A stretch of DNA of 64,000 nt. It comes from a virus. The notes below the pieces were generated by a model. It was not told the origin of the DNA, did not search any database, and saw only the letters and a list, made by a program, of their open reading frames with translations. The stretch spans positions 96,001 through 160,000 of the IMG/VR virus record IMGVR_UViG_3300025127_000009; one strand, written 5' to 3'. Positions within the stretch are counted from its first letter, which is position 1, and every line of letters starts with the position of its first letter. A program made the translations under genes and the position numbers. Positions 62,760 through 64,000 of the stretch are shown in pieces.

Positions 62760-63915
62760 CTTTCATAATGCCGTTTTTGTCTTGCACAAAATGCATTCCT
62801 TTATCAGAATTATGATTTAATTGTTTTACCCAGTAGACTTCCTTAATTTGAGCCCAGTTATTTTTTCTAAGTCTGGTATTTAACACATCAATCTTTGATG
62901 ATACAAAATCTCTCCTTTCCTTTTCAAGTGCTATGGGGTTAGTAGACGGTGAATTAACCTTCATTAATAACTTAATGCCTTTAGTTGTGCCCATGGCTGT
63001 GTCTAAATGCTTTTCCGTCAACTCTAATAAAACCTTCTCTTTTAGTTTGTTTCCGTTTGTAGAAACGGTAGTAATGTTTGTGTTATCTGCTGGATCAAAC
63101 CACTCATTAAAAGACATCCTTGATGGTTTCTTGTTACCTGGCTTTACTCCCGAAGGCCAGCCTCTTGAGGTTGCTGCGTGAGTCCAATCTGCAAATTCGA
63201 CCGGCTTAATTATTGATTTTCCTTTACCAGCCTTTTCTCTAATCTTGGTCCTTGTGCCTTTGCTAAGGAATTGTTTCGGGTGAAGTTCGTTCATTATATT
63301 ATCGAAAGGACCTTCGTTTTCTTCAAACCAATCTCCAGTCGGGTTTAAACCACGAAAAGTAGGATCAATATTGTAAAGTCTTCTAATTTGCTGACCAATA
63401 CATTCCATAGTGTATGGGTTGTTTGGAGGAGCACTATTGCTGCCAATTTTTGCTATCTCATCTTCAAATTGGTTATCCTTGCAGAGGGTATAAGTGCCAT
63501 CGTCATTTTCTAAATAAGGCTTTGATATCTCAAGAAAAGGCAATTTTTCACCTGGATATATTTCCATTAGCACTGGATACCTATTGTGGCCCGTTTCTAG
63601 AGTTTTTTGACTGTTTATATGGCAAACATAATGTAGACCTTCCTTTTCGATAAGAGGTTTAAGTTGTGCTTGACAATAAATAGGATCATAGTCCTTGTCT
63701 CTGACTTGAGATTTTTTTACCTGCGAAGGGTCTAAATAAAGAAAACTAGTAATAAATTTTCTATACTTCCGCCCATCGAAAGAGGTAAAAACAAGGCTTC
63801 TCAAATGGCCTTCATCCTTTCTGGGGTCTTTATAACCGGCTTTGATCAATTTTTGAACTGCCTTGTTTTCGGCAACCTCCATAGTGGGGATTTTTTTGTT
63901 TGCTTGTGCGCTCAT
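62749..63915 (-). CDS. Hypothetical protein with possible ParB/Srx-like N-terminal domain
   Basis: 'LKPLIEKEGL..LETGHNRY' (GxxR motif); start MSAQAN. Confidence 0.5.
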   Translation of the reverse strand: MSAQANKKIPTMEVAENKAVQKLIKAGYKDPRKDEGHLRSLVFTSFDGRKYRKFITSFLYLDPSQVKKSQVRDKDYDPIYCQAQLKPLIEKEGLHYVCHINSQKTLETGHNRYPVLMEIYPGEKLPFLEISKPYLENDDGTYTLCKDNQFEDEIAKIGSNSAPPNNPYTMECIGQQIRRLYNIDPTFRGLNPTGDWFEENEGPFDNIMNELHPKQFLSKGTRTKIREKAGKGKSIIKPVEFADWTHAATSRGWPSGVKPGNKKPSRMSFNEWFDPADNTNITTVSTNGNKLKEKVLLELTEKHLDTAMGTTKGIKLLMKVNSPSTNPIALEKERRDFVSSKIDVLNTRLRKNNWAQIKEVYWVKQLNHNSDKGMHFVQDKNGIMKEKK

Positions 63916-63944
63916 ATTATAACGTCCTTTCATTGTTTTGTAAT

Positions 63945-63981
63945 ATACTAAATGTTTTTTTGTTTGTCAACTATTTTTTTT
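63945..63981. repeat. 37-bp direct repeat copy B (promoter)
   Basis: Identical to 62723-62759. Confidence 0.9.
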
Positions 63982-64000
63982 GTAATGTTTAAAACATCTT

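Noticed and set aside
537-63653. All + strand ORFs in the track
   Set aside because: They lie antisense to well-supported minus-strand genes, and I saw no recognisable motifs in them; treated as shadow ORFs
1-64000. Alternative genetic code (stop reassignment)
   Set aside because: Long conserved genes are intact under code 11, and no suppressor tRNA was found

Overview
64 kb of a large, AT-rich tailed-phage genome, probably a jumbo phage. Essentially every real gene is on the minus strand; the + strand ORFs look like shadows. Left to right: (1) 1-4.5 kb, a nucleotide-sugar/glycosylation operon. (2) 4.5-11.9 kb, a probable late block whose proteins share an N-terminal W-containing leader resembling a capsid-targeting peptide. 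(3) 11.9-12.0 kb, a hairpin plus G-tract boundary. (4) 12-24.7 kb, an early-type region of small ORFs under sigma70-like promoters. Seven of these promoters have a helically phased 19-bp upstream box. The region also holds a MoxR/vWA pair and an array of 'MKxGDLV' mini-paralogues. (5) Five tRNAs, all with U34, plus UvsE and a tmRNA. (6) Proteostasis genes: FKBP, Hsp20, GroEL, a distant GroES-like gene, ClpP, IscU, Grx. (7) Nucleotide metabolism and replication: IMPDH/GMPR, dUTPase, DnaE, ThyX, class II RNR, helicase, 5'-3' exonuclease, RecA, SSB. Several micro-ORFs missing from the supplied track were found by hand, including a 31-aa peptide with 10 Cys. A myxobacterial-type Cys-repeat/vWA lipoprotein and the tRNA set hint at a GC-rich Myxococcota-like host (inference). 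All calls come from reading motifs by eye; no database searches were run.
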